A stretch of DNA of 58,788 nt, counting the filler, from Sluysia triapertura (lineage: Eukaryota), in the NCBI GenBank assembly GCA_046118255.1. It is 4 parts of 4 records of this genome, joined end to end, with 100 filler letters (N's around TTAATTAATTAA, not from the genome) between each part and the next. Parts side by side here need not be neighbours in the genome. Positions count along the whole stretch, not along the records: positions 20,664 to 34,719 come from JBJNIA010007215.1; positions 34,820 to 45,688 come from JBJNIA010192350.1; 2 more parts are not named here. One strand, 5' to 3'. Positions 27,811-40,246 of the stretch are shown here, piece after piece. Each line of letters starts with the position of its first letter. Within the stretch, counting starts at the first letter, position 1. The translations under genes and the position numbers were made by a program. A model generated the notes under the pieces. The model saw nothing but the letters and a program-made list of their open reading frames with translations, was not told the DNA's origin and did not search any database.

Positions 27811-28470
27811 CACAATTATATTTTTCCAACTGTAAATTTTACTTCCGCAATGCATGATAAAATCAACTAAACGCATAAAACTTAATCAATAGAACAATTC
27901 AAAATAGTTGTATAATTAGAAATAAAGTGAAAATACCTTGTTAAATAAATTAATTCTACACTGCGAAATTTAATTTCAAACTGGAGTAAACATTAGTAAC
28001 ATTAGACTGCAAAAATATTAATGACAACTGTCAGATCTGACTCTAAAGTAATTATCTTCAATGTCGTTATTTTATTATAATATAGATGTTAGGAAAAACA
28101 CATAAGTTGCTTTTTAATAAAATTTAGTTAACGAATATATACATCAAGACAATCATCGTAATATCATATCACCTTAAGTTTTATCAGTTTTAAATTAAAA
28201 TTTTTGCACAACAATCCAGAATGACTCAATAAATTTACCATTAATTCCGTAATATACATATGAATTAAGCTAGTTTATATTTTTAATCTGATAAATGATT
28301 TAAACATCCAGTTACATATTCTGAATTAATTTATCAATAATTTACATATCATTTGTTATGCAATAAATTTAAAATAAAGTCTACTCGAAATTCCATATCT
28401 ACTCTAAAATGAAACTTCGAAAAATTAAATACTGATTCGATTGATCAATATACCATAAAATACAACCAAC

Positions 28471-28576
28471 CAAAAGGAGTTAAAGTAAAATCCAAACGTT
28501 CTAACAAAGTGCCTTCAGTTCCACCAGCGACATTCTGTAAAATTTCCAAATTTTTCAAACTAATACTATCTAATAC
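28471..28576 (-). CDS. MSH6: MSH6-like exon B
   Basis: [36 protein letters not shown] (MutS LD..TL.NLEI...GTLL..LD...TPFG motif); 106 nt, phase 0 to 1. Not in the ORF track. Confidence 0.93.
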
Positions 28577-30701
28577 CTAAAATTAATATTATTTTAGTTA
28601 CTTTTAACAATCAAAAAATAAAATACAAATGAAAATTCAAAATTAAATGAAAACAAAATTTATTATCAATGATTCAAAAAATTTTACAGAAAATATTTTA
28701 AGCTGTTTTTGTTACTCGAGCATAATATTTTGAAAAATTACTTTTTTCGTATAAAAAATGATTCTATAATTTAATTTTAGTTCATTATTTATTATTTTTC
28801 AATGATTGGAATCGTTTTTTTTGAAACTACTTAAATTCTAAGTAATTTAATTTATTTTATTTAAATTAATTAAATTAATCATGTGAACTTTTGTTAATAT
28901 ATTTATGTAAATTTAAGATTGAAAATTTATTGTGGGTTTCACTCTTATAATTATTTTTGTTCATCATTCAAATTAAACTACTGTGTGTTCATAGGGTGTC
29001 AGAAATTGTGACACCTTAAAAGTTACATTACTTTATGAACACCTTGTTTAGAGTCTGTAGTTCATTATTGAAAATAATTAACTGAAAATAATTTTGATTG
29101 GTTGGAAAAAATAAATAATGAATATTGTTAATGCTTAAGAAATAAGCAATTTACAAATATTTATTTTCATCACGTGTTTGTAGTATTGTGCTTTGTAAAA
29201 TATTTTAATTATTATAAAGCACAAAATCAGATTTTCCATATATTATTCTGCAAAATATCTAATTTATACATAAATATTAGATACGTAATTATTGATTTTC
29301 AATTAGAGTTATCAATGAAAAGTATTGATAAAGTATATTTTGAATACGATAAGACTTATTTATTTGTGCATAGTGTATCACATATCAATTGCAATATAAT
29401 ACTAAATTAATTAAAAGAAGCAGACAGTAATGTACTACTAATAATAATAAATAAATAAATAATATCCAGATGGTAAAACTAAAAGTAAATAATAAATTTT
29501 TCATAATACAAATGATATGTCAAAGTTATATATAGTTTAATAAATAGCTGTATGTAGGAGTAGAATTATATTGAAATTGCATGTAAAAATTAATATATTG
29601 TTAATAGTAATATAAAATTGTCCATTAAAATAGAATAGGAAGTGATTAACTATGGAAGAGTTATTATAGAATTAGATTATTGGTTAATAAAATTAGCAGA
29701 AGAAAGTGCTATATAAGGTGCTTTTCATTATACAATTTCAACAGTGAATTGACTTGTAAATATTTTTGAATAACGCTGCTAATAATATTTTTTGGATAAT
29801 ATCAATTTACTGAAGATTCCGATTGAAGTATAATGGTAATTAGTGAAATATTCTATTTAATCTAAAATTACACTTAAAATTTAAATTGCGAGTGGTTTGT
29901 TTTATCTGTTGTCTTAATTGTAGCTTGGTTATTTTATTCTGATTTGTCTTTTCAGACTAAAGGAGAATTTAAGTTAAAACATTAGATTTAAAAAATTAAA
30001 ATAAGCCACTTTATGTCTTACATGAGTAGAACGCTCATGTCCAGATATAACTAATAAATAAATTACGACACTCTCACATAAGAGTTACTAGACTGAAGAG
30101 ATTTTGCCTAACGAATTTTAGTACATAAATACTAAATAGAAGTTGAAATAAACTTTTTACTGTCTATAAACACGACAGAAATAAGATAATACCACTACAG
30201 TATAAGAATAACAATTTAAGAAACGTTTTCATACTTTCTTTCAATATACCTTCTAAAACCCAAACGGGCATCAGGAAAATAATCATAATAATGAACTTTT
30301 TAAAATTTCATAAAGAATATTAATTTTTTGTGAAATTATTGATTAAGTTGCATTAACGGTTAAAATGAAAGCATAAATGTAGTATCAAGAAAATAGAATA
30401 AAGATATTATGAGGATATTTTTATGTTAACAAAAGTTTCTTTTTTCTAAACTTATATAATTTATCTTTTTCTTTTTCTTAGTTAAAATTAGAACTATGTA
30501 CGACTCCTTCCAGTTTTATATTTATCATGATATACTTTTAATGTTCTTTGATATTTATATTGGTAAAGTCTTTATGTTTGCAATTCTGACTTCACAACTA
30601 CAGACGAAATCCGTACACAATATCCTAAATATTTTGAATCAAAAACAAATGAAGATTGGATTAAATAAATAATTGTCTAAAAAAATTAAAACAAAATTTA
30701 C

Positions 30702-31115
30702 CATTGTTTTTTGAATTGCATAATACGGTGTAGTATATTCGATCATATCTATTATTGGAATAATGTCAAATTCACCAAACGATACTAAATGTTGATCAAT
30801 CAAACAACGAGACAAATAAAAAATTAATGCACCATAACAAGACACACAATTTTCATATTCCCCAAGAACTTCTTTTGGTGAATTAGAAGCATCTTTAATA
30901 ACAATGCTATCTAACTTTAGTGGTATACCGCTTTCCTCACTTAATTTCGATTCAGGCGTGTCATTAAAATAATCACCTTCCAAAAGAAGATTTAATGTTT
31001 TCTCTGCTGTATAAAATTCAGTACCAGGATTAAGATATTCTTTAGAAACAGATGCTGTCACAGTATCTAAGACAAATTTTGTAACCGGTGTTAAATTGTT
31101 TTTTTCAATAAGAAT
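30702..31115 (-). CDS. MSH6: MSH6-like exon A (connector domain II)
   Basis: ILIEKNNLT...LNPGTEFYTAEKTL.LL.EGDYF...SCYGALIFYLSRCLIDQHLVSFGEF...KTM; 414 nt, phase 0/0. Confidence 0.92.
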
Positions 31116-31339
31116 CTAAATTAAATAAATGAAATTAAATTAAATTATTAAATAAATTAAATAAGGATAAAAAATACAATTAAATAATTTCTTGTTAATT
31201 CAGATGAAAGAATATTGCTTAACATGAGTTTGTAAAATAAACCAAATATTTACACAATTAAAAGTTGAAAGTAGACAGGATTAGAAATAAATAAATAAAT
31301 AATCTTTTGAGAAGCTTTCTTGCCTGTCACTACTAATGA

Positions 31340-31510
31340 TCGACACTTTTATGTCTGAGACTCTTAGCTCTTGAAAAGGCTGCATAAAGTTGACCACGAG
31401 TAAAAACTGCTGCCATTATATTGATGCCAACTTTATCCACTTCTTATTATATAGATTATTTGCAATTTTTTGAAAAATGGATAGCCAATGCTGCACCGGA
31501 TTCTTAATGA
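31340..31510 (-). mobile_element. Helitron/Pif1 helicase C-terminal fragment
   Basis: Minus strand reads DKVGINIMAAVFTRGQLYAAFSRAKS, matching the VF.HGQLYVA.SR motif VI. Confidence 0.75.
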
Positions 31511-32627
31511 GTCCACAGTCCAAATACAATAAGGAGTAAACACACATGTTTACTCCTTATTATGTAAAAAAACATTTATAAAAATTAAAATTTATTTAGT
31601 GGGAATTTTTTGTTTATCGCTTCCTAAGAAAAAGTTTAAAATTAACACCACCAACATTTTTGTCACGCGAAAAATTTATGTTTTTGATTGAATGGTTGCC
31701 TAAACAAGAGATAAAACATCTTAGTAAAAAGTAAAATATTATTTTACAAAATAATTAATCTGTTTATTTTATTAGAGATGCCTTTTTAATAAGATAAACA
31801 ATATGGACTAAAAATAGTTTTCGTAATTATATCGTAACAAAATTATAACATAATTAAAATTAATCGGGCTGGACATATCCATAAGTCACACATGAAACAC
31901 TACATAATTGACAGAACGTTAAAATAAATGTAGTGCACAGAAACGGGCTGGAGTTATTGATACGTGTCCTTTAAAAATACGGCGAACCAGCTATGCGTTA
32001 TGTAGTTAAAAGATTGAGTTCCCAGTTAACAGGTGAAAAATATCTTTAAAATTTCAAAAAAACCGTACAGCCTCATTTTTCTGTAAAGCAAAATATATAA
32101 GCGACCTATCCTTGGTTCAGTATCCTTTTCAAATATTTTGAATACATGTTTATTAATTTTGAATTAAAATTAATTTCTAAAGAATTATTTTATTTTAATT
32201 ATTATTTAATTTTCTTAATTTCTGATATGTCTTAATAGTTTTCCAGTTGCACTCATGGAAAAAACATATGGTAAGAATTATCTCATTCTGTGAGAGTATA
32301 GACACAGTAAGTCTACTTTTGAAAAAAGGGTTCAATTCGGCTTTTAAAATGAAAATTCCCAACAAATGCGATTTAAATCTAATTTCTTAGCACATTAAAT
32401 GTGATACGATTTCTCAATTATTTAACAACACAATTATTTGATTCACAATAAATTCAGAGTTAATTATTGAGACAATAGCATTATTGTAATCATGATTATT
32501 TTATTCAAAGTTAATTTTTTAGTTTTATGAGAAAAACTTTTTAATAAGTCAGATTCAAGACGTGATCAGTAAAATTTCATGAAACTTTAAATTAAAATAC
32601 ATTAAAAAACAAATATTGATATACTAA

Positions 32628-33662
32628 ATGTCTTACGAGAGGTATAAAGATTTAAACAGTCTTAACGATGATTATGATTATGAAGTGTATTATTACGATG
32701 ATAATCATCATCAAACCCATACGTACCCAGAGTCTTATAAGTGTGATCATGTATCAAGTGATATTAAATTGAGAAAGAATCATTGTGATCAATTAGAAAG
32801 AATGCGAAGAGCTGGTATTAAAAGTAGTTATACAGAGTTACATAAGTATATTCAATCCTTGATTGATAATGAGACATTCCCTTCAGTAATGTTACTAAAA
32901 GTTGTTGAATTTCATGAGTTAACTAAAAGAAATAAAAATGTTACTCTAGAAAATAAATACCGTACAATGAAGCAACAACTACAATATCCTTTATGTCAAC
33001 GTAATACTGATAATAGCATCCCAACGTCCTTACCTGATATTTTTAGTTCAAATATTGTTCACAGTGTCGTTCTAAACGCAGCACGAACTAATCATTCAAT
33101 CTCAAATGTAATTCAAACGCCTAATATTTTGATTGGACCAATTAGTAATAATCAAATTTTTTCGTCTACTCATACTCATTCAAGATCATTTAATGTGACA
33201 AGTGATAATGGAAAATTTCATGTTGATAAATCACGTTTTATCAAATTCGCATTATGTCTCTATGAAACCTCAATTACAGGCCAATACGTCAAGAATGGAA
33301 AATCATGTCATTATGCACACGGATTATATGAATTGGTATCAATTCCTAGAGTCAATGCAATTAGTCTTCCGTACTCACAAATTGAAGGATACGAATTTAA
33401 GGTAACAACACAGAAGTACTGTCACAGTAAAAACTTTTATAAAGTAGTTTTTAATATTATTAAACATTTATTACTTTTTGTTCGAGATTTTTATAATTTT
33501 GTTATTCTTTTTAGAAAAATCAATGGTAATACAGTAATAGCATATTCAAGTGCGAATAAACATTCTTGGCCATCAACTTTTCATGTTATTAAGCAAATTT
33601 TTAATATTAGACTTTTTGGTTACATTAATAAACAATTTAGACGTTATTTTTGTTTAGTGTGA
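32628..33662 (+). CDS. Max/Mlx-like bHLH-zipper protein with a degenerate TIS11-type CCCH zinc finger
   Basis: 344-aa uninterrupted ORF. [40 protein letters not shown] parallels Max [49 protein letters not shown]...[14 protein letters not shown] parallels TIS11 SRYKTELC...YGAKCQFAHGLGEL. A possible intron lies at 33402-33514. Confidence 0.7.
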   Translation: [344 protein letters not shown]

Positions 33663-33865
33663 AATAAATTAAATAAATTAATTATTTTAATAATAATAAT
33701 AATTAAAGTTTTAAAATATAAAATTAATCATAATACCTCAAATAAACGGTATCAAGGTAATATAAATCTACATAAATGTTTTTTGGGTAACATACACCTA
33801 AAATTACTGTAAAGGTTAACGAAAGACTTTTCATTTATGTTTGATAGTTAGGTGAAAGTATAGAT

Positions 33866-34069
33866 CAAGAGTGGCCAACAAATCAACCGCCTGTGATATC
33901 TTGTCTTTATGTGTTAAAACTTGCATCTGAACATAACAAGCAAACATAACAGCATAAACAAAGTACGTATTTTATACTTCCATCTACACATTTCGATTAT
34001 GCTTATGACATGTCGATCGCATCGCATTTTTAAAGACAAGTGGATCTTATGTACACTATTGCCCTCCTG
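33866..34069. mobile_element. Possible old hAT-type MITE
   Basis: Ends CAAGAGTGGCCAAC ... ATTGCCCTCCTG resemble Charlie-type TIRs; the 8-bp flanks match at only 5/8. Confidence 0.3.
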
Positions 34070-34547
34070 ATAAATATGATTTAATAATTGTTCATTTGTA
34101 TAAATGCTTTAAATTCGTAAAACTGGATCATCTCAATATTTTTATTCAAAATAAACAATATTGCCAATGACAGTGCAAATACTTTACATCGTTTAAATAC
34201 TCATCCTTGCTTTTAGAAGCGAAAATATTTTCAGACATTGTTTACCTTATAGTCACTATCTAAGATCCTATTCTTTAAAAAAATGAGCTACTGATTAAAG
34301 AAGTAATAAACCAAAGAGTAAGATCTGGACTTAACATTTGATGTCTAATTAAACCAAATCTATCAAGGTCTAAGAATTCACTAACCGAAGTAAAACCGTA
34401 TTTTTGTTAACTTAATCTGGATAGAAATCAATAATAATAACCTCAACTTTTTTATCCTATTACAAAATAGACCATCAAGAATTAATTAGAACTTAACTAA
34501 TTTGTGGTTAATGAAAATTTGTGATAAAAACTAATTATTTTTAATTT

Positions 34548-34571
34548 GTTCAAATCCCACTTCTGACACCA
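34548..34571 (-). promoter_or_regulatory. tRNA-Leu primer-binding site (24 nt) between two ~50-nt direct repeats
   Basis: Plus strand GTTCAAATCCCACTTCTGACACCA equals the T-loop, 3' end and CCA of eukaryotic tRNA-Leu(CAA/CAG). The minus strand reads CCCCAAAT-TGGTGTCAGAAGTGGGAT, like the junction at 51050-51073. Confidence 0.8.
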
Positions 34572-34719
34572 ATTTGGGGTTGATGAAAATTTATTGTGAA
34601 AACTAATTATTCTTAAATTTACAACAAAATTACTTCCATTAGTGATAATCTTTATATGACTTAACTTATATATTAAAATATTTTTTAATATTGAAAATAG
34701 TAATTTACATTTAAATAAA

Positions 34720-34819
34720 NNNNNNNNNNNNNNNNNNNNNNNNNNNNNNNNNNNNNNNNNNNNTTAATTAATTAANNNNNNNNNNNNNNNNNNNNNNNNN
34801 NNNNNNNNNNNNNNNNNNN
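34720..34819. other. Artificial contig linker
   Basis: 44N-TTAATTAATTAA-44N. Confidence 0.98.
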
Positions 34820-35947
34820 CAATAGGGGTAATTATCATAAATATTTGTAAAGTTAATAATTATTTATAAAAATGACTATTTGATTCGTAAAAATGTATTT
34901 TTATCCATTATATTTTAAATTTAAATATGGGTGACGTAAAATATGGGTTCGACAATAATTATTATTATTTCAGTCATTATTATTATAACCATTATCACTA
35001 GTGTCATTAATTTTCAATACTGTTATTCCGTCATCTTTATTTGAGTCTCACCTGTCACCAGTTGACAGTATTTAATTGAATTCAATAAAAATAATTTTGC
35101 AACTGTTAACTGCCTGTGTTCCAATCCGAGATACTAGTGCTTTTCGTTGTTGTTGTGTGACTGGACACCCAATCATTGTTAATTTTTTTGTACAGACTAA
35201 TTAGTAGTCACAATAAACCAATAATGTTGAAGTTATAATAATAAGTGTGCCATTATTATTTTTAAGTAGCGTAGTTATAAATTAGTGTCGGAAAATTGAT
35301 ATATTTATCATTATACAGTCCAGAAGCATTAAATAGAATTATAAGCATGAAAAATTATCCAGATCGAAAATTTCAGACAAATATCAATTAAAATTTTTCT
35401 TAATCGTCTCAAGCAAGATTTAACGACTAATCACTTATTTTAATTTTGAAAATGAATTCGATATAATGTACATGTACGTATAAAAATTCTCTCTCGACGA
35501 AAACCTGTGAAGCTTATTCAACTAATAAATTAATTTTAAACGTGCAAGAAGTTTCTCATTTTAATTCTAAATCGATGTCTCCTTTTTGGACATTTCCTAA
35601 ATACAAAAATATGAGTATATCTAATGATTAAATTTATGATGATAATATTGATTTTTCGCCCGATTTAATGAAGGTTAAACTTAAATAATTAAAACTCTTT
35701 TGATCTTAGGCCATTTTGCGTCACTTTATTTCGTTTACATACTGTACAATTGTGAAATTTATTAATTGAGTTAATATTTAATTAATAATTTACGTTACTA
35801 TTAATAAAATGATCAAGACTTCTTTTTATGCGCTTTTTTGTTACTACTATGTTAGCATTTAAAATTAAAATAAAAATTAAAATCAATATAAATATAAAAA
35901 ATATATTTATAAGTATTAAAAAATATCAAATATTTTATTACAATAAA

Positions 35948-36139
35948 CTATAAAAGTTGTTCTTCTACATTAAAATCAATAACAGCTTCACATGATCTCC
36001 AACTATTTGATACACCTTTGCAAACAATTTTATTTCTTTGATCATTTGATTTTGTATTACTTATTTCTACTTTATTCATCAATTCAATTGACGTTTGAGC
36101 AAAACTGTTTTTTAAATGATTATTATTATCACTATTGCC

Positions 36140-36184
<45 letters not shown>

Positions 36185-36945
36185 TGTGTAATATTTAAAA
36201 TTATTACTACAACTACTTCTACTACTACTATTACTGTCAAGATTATTTTTATAAGTTTTGGTTATTTTATTAAGAATATTGATTTTATTTTCGAGTATTA
36301 GTGATGTTGGTGAAGGTAATGATTTTTGGCATTTATGATGATGGTGATGGTTATTGTTATTATTAGTACTTTGTTGACATTGTATTGGATGATAGTGATG
36401 AAAAATATCAATATTTGATTGACTTTTTAGTAATTTATACATTTGATTATTAACAGGCTTTTTAATAATATATTTTGATTTCCATTTTGGAATAGTATTC
36501 ATGTTATTATTTTGATGATTATTAATTAATGACGTTGTAGTGATTGTTTGATCAGGATTTGCATTATTTGTTGACTCAATATTGGCTGCATTACTAAAAT
36601 TCAAACAAGATAATGATAAATGTAACAATGATGATGGATCGTCTTCGATTTCTGTTTTATCGTGATTTAGTAATAAATCATTTGTGTTATAGCGGGAATT
36701 TGTTAAACAACATGAATTCCTATTTGCTGATCTTAAATTATTTCGATAATTTCTGTTACGATTATAACCAAAATTTTTCGGTGGATTTTGATGTGCTAAA
36801 CAATAAACAGTTTGGGATCTTGCAGAATAACGAGTTACTAAGGAAACAGTTAGAACGATTATTAAAATACTGACAACTATAACGATGCAAAATATTATCC
36901 AAAATGTATCATATTCTGGTATCGGATCTTGGTTTTTGCGAGTTC
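35948..36945 (-). CDS. Terminal exon of a single-pass type I membrane protein with an Asn/His/Ser-rich cytoplasmic tail
   Basis: Acceptor TTTCAG at 36946. Frame open for 998 nt: TRKNQDPIPEYDTFWIIFCIVIVVSILIIVLTVSLVTRYSAR (TM helix) ... poly-N ... DFNVEEQLL*. This extends the listed ORF upstream. Confidence 0.8.
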
Positions 36946-37299
36946 CTGAAATAATTATTTAATTTATACATAATATTTTAGTAATAAATAGTTTAGTATT
37001 ATGAAAAGGTTCGTGCAGTACAACGGAAGTTTTGTATCTTAAAATTATAAAATACTTTTAGTACCTATTTGTTATATAAGCATTTCTAGATCTTGGATCC
37101 ATTTCATTATTTATTTCTTTGAAGAAATAAAAGTCACTGGAGGTAACATTAAAGATGATTCAAAATATGATTTTGTGCATTTTTTAAATTTTGTTTTGTA
37201 ACGAATAACGAATAATGAAATTTCATATTTAAAATAATATCTAAATAATTTTAAAATCATTATTATAACAATTATTAAGATCATTATTAAGAACAATCA

Positions 37300-37720
37300 A
37301 TTTTAAATTGAAATTGTATAAATAATCGTTTTAAAACGTGATTATATAAAGGCAACATGAAATTAAAACTTAGAAACATTTAACCTTACTGTCATAATCA
37401 ATAAAATCATTTTAAAATAAGAGTTAATAAAATAATATGAAATCAAATTTTAAGAACATAACATTCCATCAAAATCATTTTAAAATATGATTTAAAATAT
37501 TCTGTAATAAAACAAAATCATGTTAAATTAAGATTGCATAAAAATAATATGAAATTAAAATTTTAAAACATTATGATTGATCAAAATTATTTTAAAATTA
37601 AATTCTGAGCATAATATGAAAACATTATATTTAAAATTGACAATATAAAATTAAAATCATTTTAATTTTCACTATAATAATAATAAAATAAAATCATTTT
37701 AAAATAAGAATTAGAAATTA
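37300..37720. repeat. Degenerate minisatellite with AAAATCATTTTAAAAT core
   Basis: Core or close variants recur at ~37403, 37470, 37582, 37653 and 37690, among others. Confidence 0.7.
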
Positions 37721-37909
37721 AAAAAATGTAAACAAACAAAAAACAAAATTTTCATATCATATTATTATTATTAGTTTTATTACTTTGATGAATTTTAAAT
37801 GATTAATTAATTTGTTATTATTATATAAACGACTAGCATTATAATCTTTATTACTGACTATTAATACAGACGATTATTATTATTGAATGCAGTATAATTT
37901 ATGTAGTCA

Positions 37910-38620
37910 TAAATTAACTTATCTCGATTTCAAGAATCGTAAGATTTTTCGTTGTTTGATAGTAATTTTTATAGAATCTATGACTATCTGCATTAATATG
38001 GTATGGTACAATGGTTTTCTTGTTACTTAACTTACAACAGAATGAAAAGCTAAACAGAGTCAGGCTATAGCTAACGTCATATATCGTGAAGAAGGAGTCC
38101 CTGTAACTATACTCAAGTAAATGCAAATTAAGAGAAATTTGTACTAATGAGGGTCTTATCAGTCTAATCTCAACAATAATAATAATTAAATCGAATTATA
38201 AAACAGTCAAAAAGGAGAACATCGTTATGTTAAAATTAAAATCCTTATGGATCTTTAATTTTTTTTAATAATTAATTTTAAATTAAAAATATTACCCTCA
38301 CAACATCGAGGTTAAAAAGATATTAATTGCAAAATAATTTAAGTCAAGTTTAGTGTTTTTATTTCCTCTACAAAAATAAAAAACAACTTAGGGATAAGAT
38401 GGAACAAATTGACGGTGAATTGATCAGCTTGAGATATTAGTCAACAATCGAAAAAGTAATTATATTTTAATAATTCAAAATGACGCCCAAAATTAGATTG
38501 AGATTGTGTTATATTTTTAACTTGTTAAAGTATGGCTTTCTTTATGACTAACTGCAACTATTTTATAAGTCAACAACCAATCATAAGCGAGTGGAATTCT
38601 AGAATGTTCTAGAAATAAAT
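37910..38620 (-). mobile_element. Dispersed repeat (solo-LTR-like family), inverted copy
   Basis: Reverse complement contains TTCTAGAACATTCTAGAA and AACCTCGATGTTGTGAGGGGTAAT, matching the motifs at 40565 and 42985. Confidence 0.5.
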
Positions 38621-39058
38621 ACTCAAAAGTGATAAATATCAATCTTTAAGTCTCTGAAATACAAACAACTGTCTTTTTTAAAAATAATGTACAATTTTTC
38701 ACAATTTTTTGCAGCTAAAACAATATATAAACGATACCTCTCTTATTTTCAATGTGCATTCAGTATTAAATGTTACATTTTGAAGTAGACACATATATAA
38801 TAATGTTTTATTATCTAAATTTTTAGTTATAGTTATTAATTATATTTAGTATTATCTTGATGTGACAAATCATTTGTTTAATTCCATTCACCTTAATTTT
38901 TGAATCTATATAGTATTTGATATTCCATCTTTGTTAAAGTGAAAATTCTAAGAAATTAGAATGTTTTAAAATATATTCTCAGACTTTGTTTAAATATTCA
39001 ATAATTTTTTATTTTCTTAAGTATTAATAAAAATACGTTTTAATCAAAAACTAATTAC

Positions 39059-39099
39059 CTGCTTTACAACCAAATATTCTTATAGATTGTTCACCAAAT
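39059..39099 (-). CDS. 41-nt exon FGEQSIRIFGCKA(G), probably upstream exon of the membrane-protein gene
   Basis: Flanked by ACAG| and |GTAAT; ends in phase 1, compatible with the 36945 exon. Confidence 0.55.
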
Positions 39100-40246
39100 C
39101 TGTAATAATTAAATTTAATTTTAATAAGTACAATTATTAAAATATAAAGAAAATTAATTATTTTAACAATTGCAAAAAAAGTAATTTAAATTCAGTTTTC
39201 ATTAGAGAAATTAAATTTTTATTTTTTAAATTTTATGAATGTTTATTATTGATAATTTCTGCAATAAAATCACAGTATTAAAAATATTAAGTTCCATGTA
39301 CAATTTTAATCTTATAAAAGATTGGAAATCACATTTAACAGTTATTGATAATTATTTAAATCTTTTATTTACCTTTCCAATGACAAAAACAAACTATTAT
39401 TCGTCTGCATAAATTCAGAGAATTTTACGTTGAAAAAACAATGCTTAAACGATGAATAAACAAAAAGAATGTCTAATGAAAATTATACGAGTCATCTCCT
39501 GAAACTCTACATTGTGATAATTTCGTGTGTCAACAGAACGAGCATTAAAGGAATTGAAATATTGATTGGAACTAGTAAAAGTATTATTGAACAAATTTTA
39601 AAAAATAATTAAATACTAAAGTCCTTATTATCAATTCGAATGTTAATTGAGTTTGATACGATACATGTTAGGTTCGTATTTCGCAGTACGTGTAACAAAT
39701 AAGCATTAATAATGATAATGTAATAATATACGGAATTATAACAATAATTTAATTGGGACAAAATAAAATAAAACGTTAACATCAAAAAAGCAAAAAATGT
39801 GTTTTATTTTGCGATGTGATTGATAAATATAATTTTAGTTGCAAGACTTAACGAAATTTTTTAATTTTTTCAGTTTTGATAACAATGTTAGTTTTGATTA
39901 TAAATTTTAAATCCATTTTTAATACAATCAGTATTCTTTAATTCAAAGGCTTTATTTATTTTTACTTTTTGAATTTGAAGTCATTTGTTTTTTTAAATAA
40001 TATAACGTTTTTAAGATTGACTAAAAATCCACTTAAAATATGAAATTTTTTTGGTTAATTTAAAATATATACTTTTATAGGCACAATTTAATATTCAACG
40101 TATGTAAAAGTTATTTATTGTTTTATTTAGCTGATTATATTACAAGCTGTTTATTGAGTTTTCCTTTACTACTGCATTGTTCATAATTGTTCTAAAAATA
40201 CCCAGTTATATTTAAATTTATTTGTTTTGAATAATTATTGTTAGTT

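Noticed and set aside
33748-33757. CGGTATCAAG as a Met-tRNA PBS closing an LTR around the bHLH ORF
   Set aside because: The match is too short and no LTR start was identified upstream.
35992-36873. Plus-strand poly-Tyr and poly-Ile ORFs
   Set aside because: They are shadows of the minus-strand Asn-rich exon.
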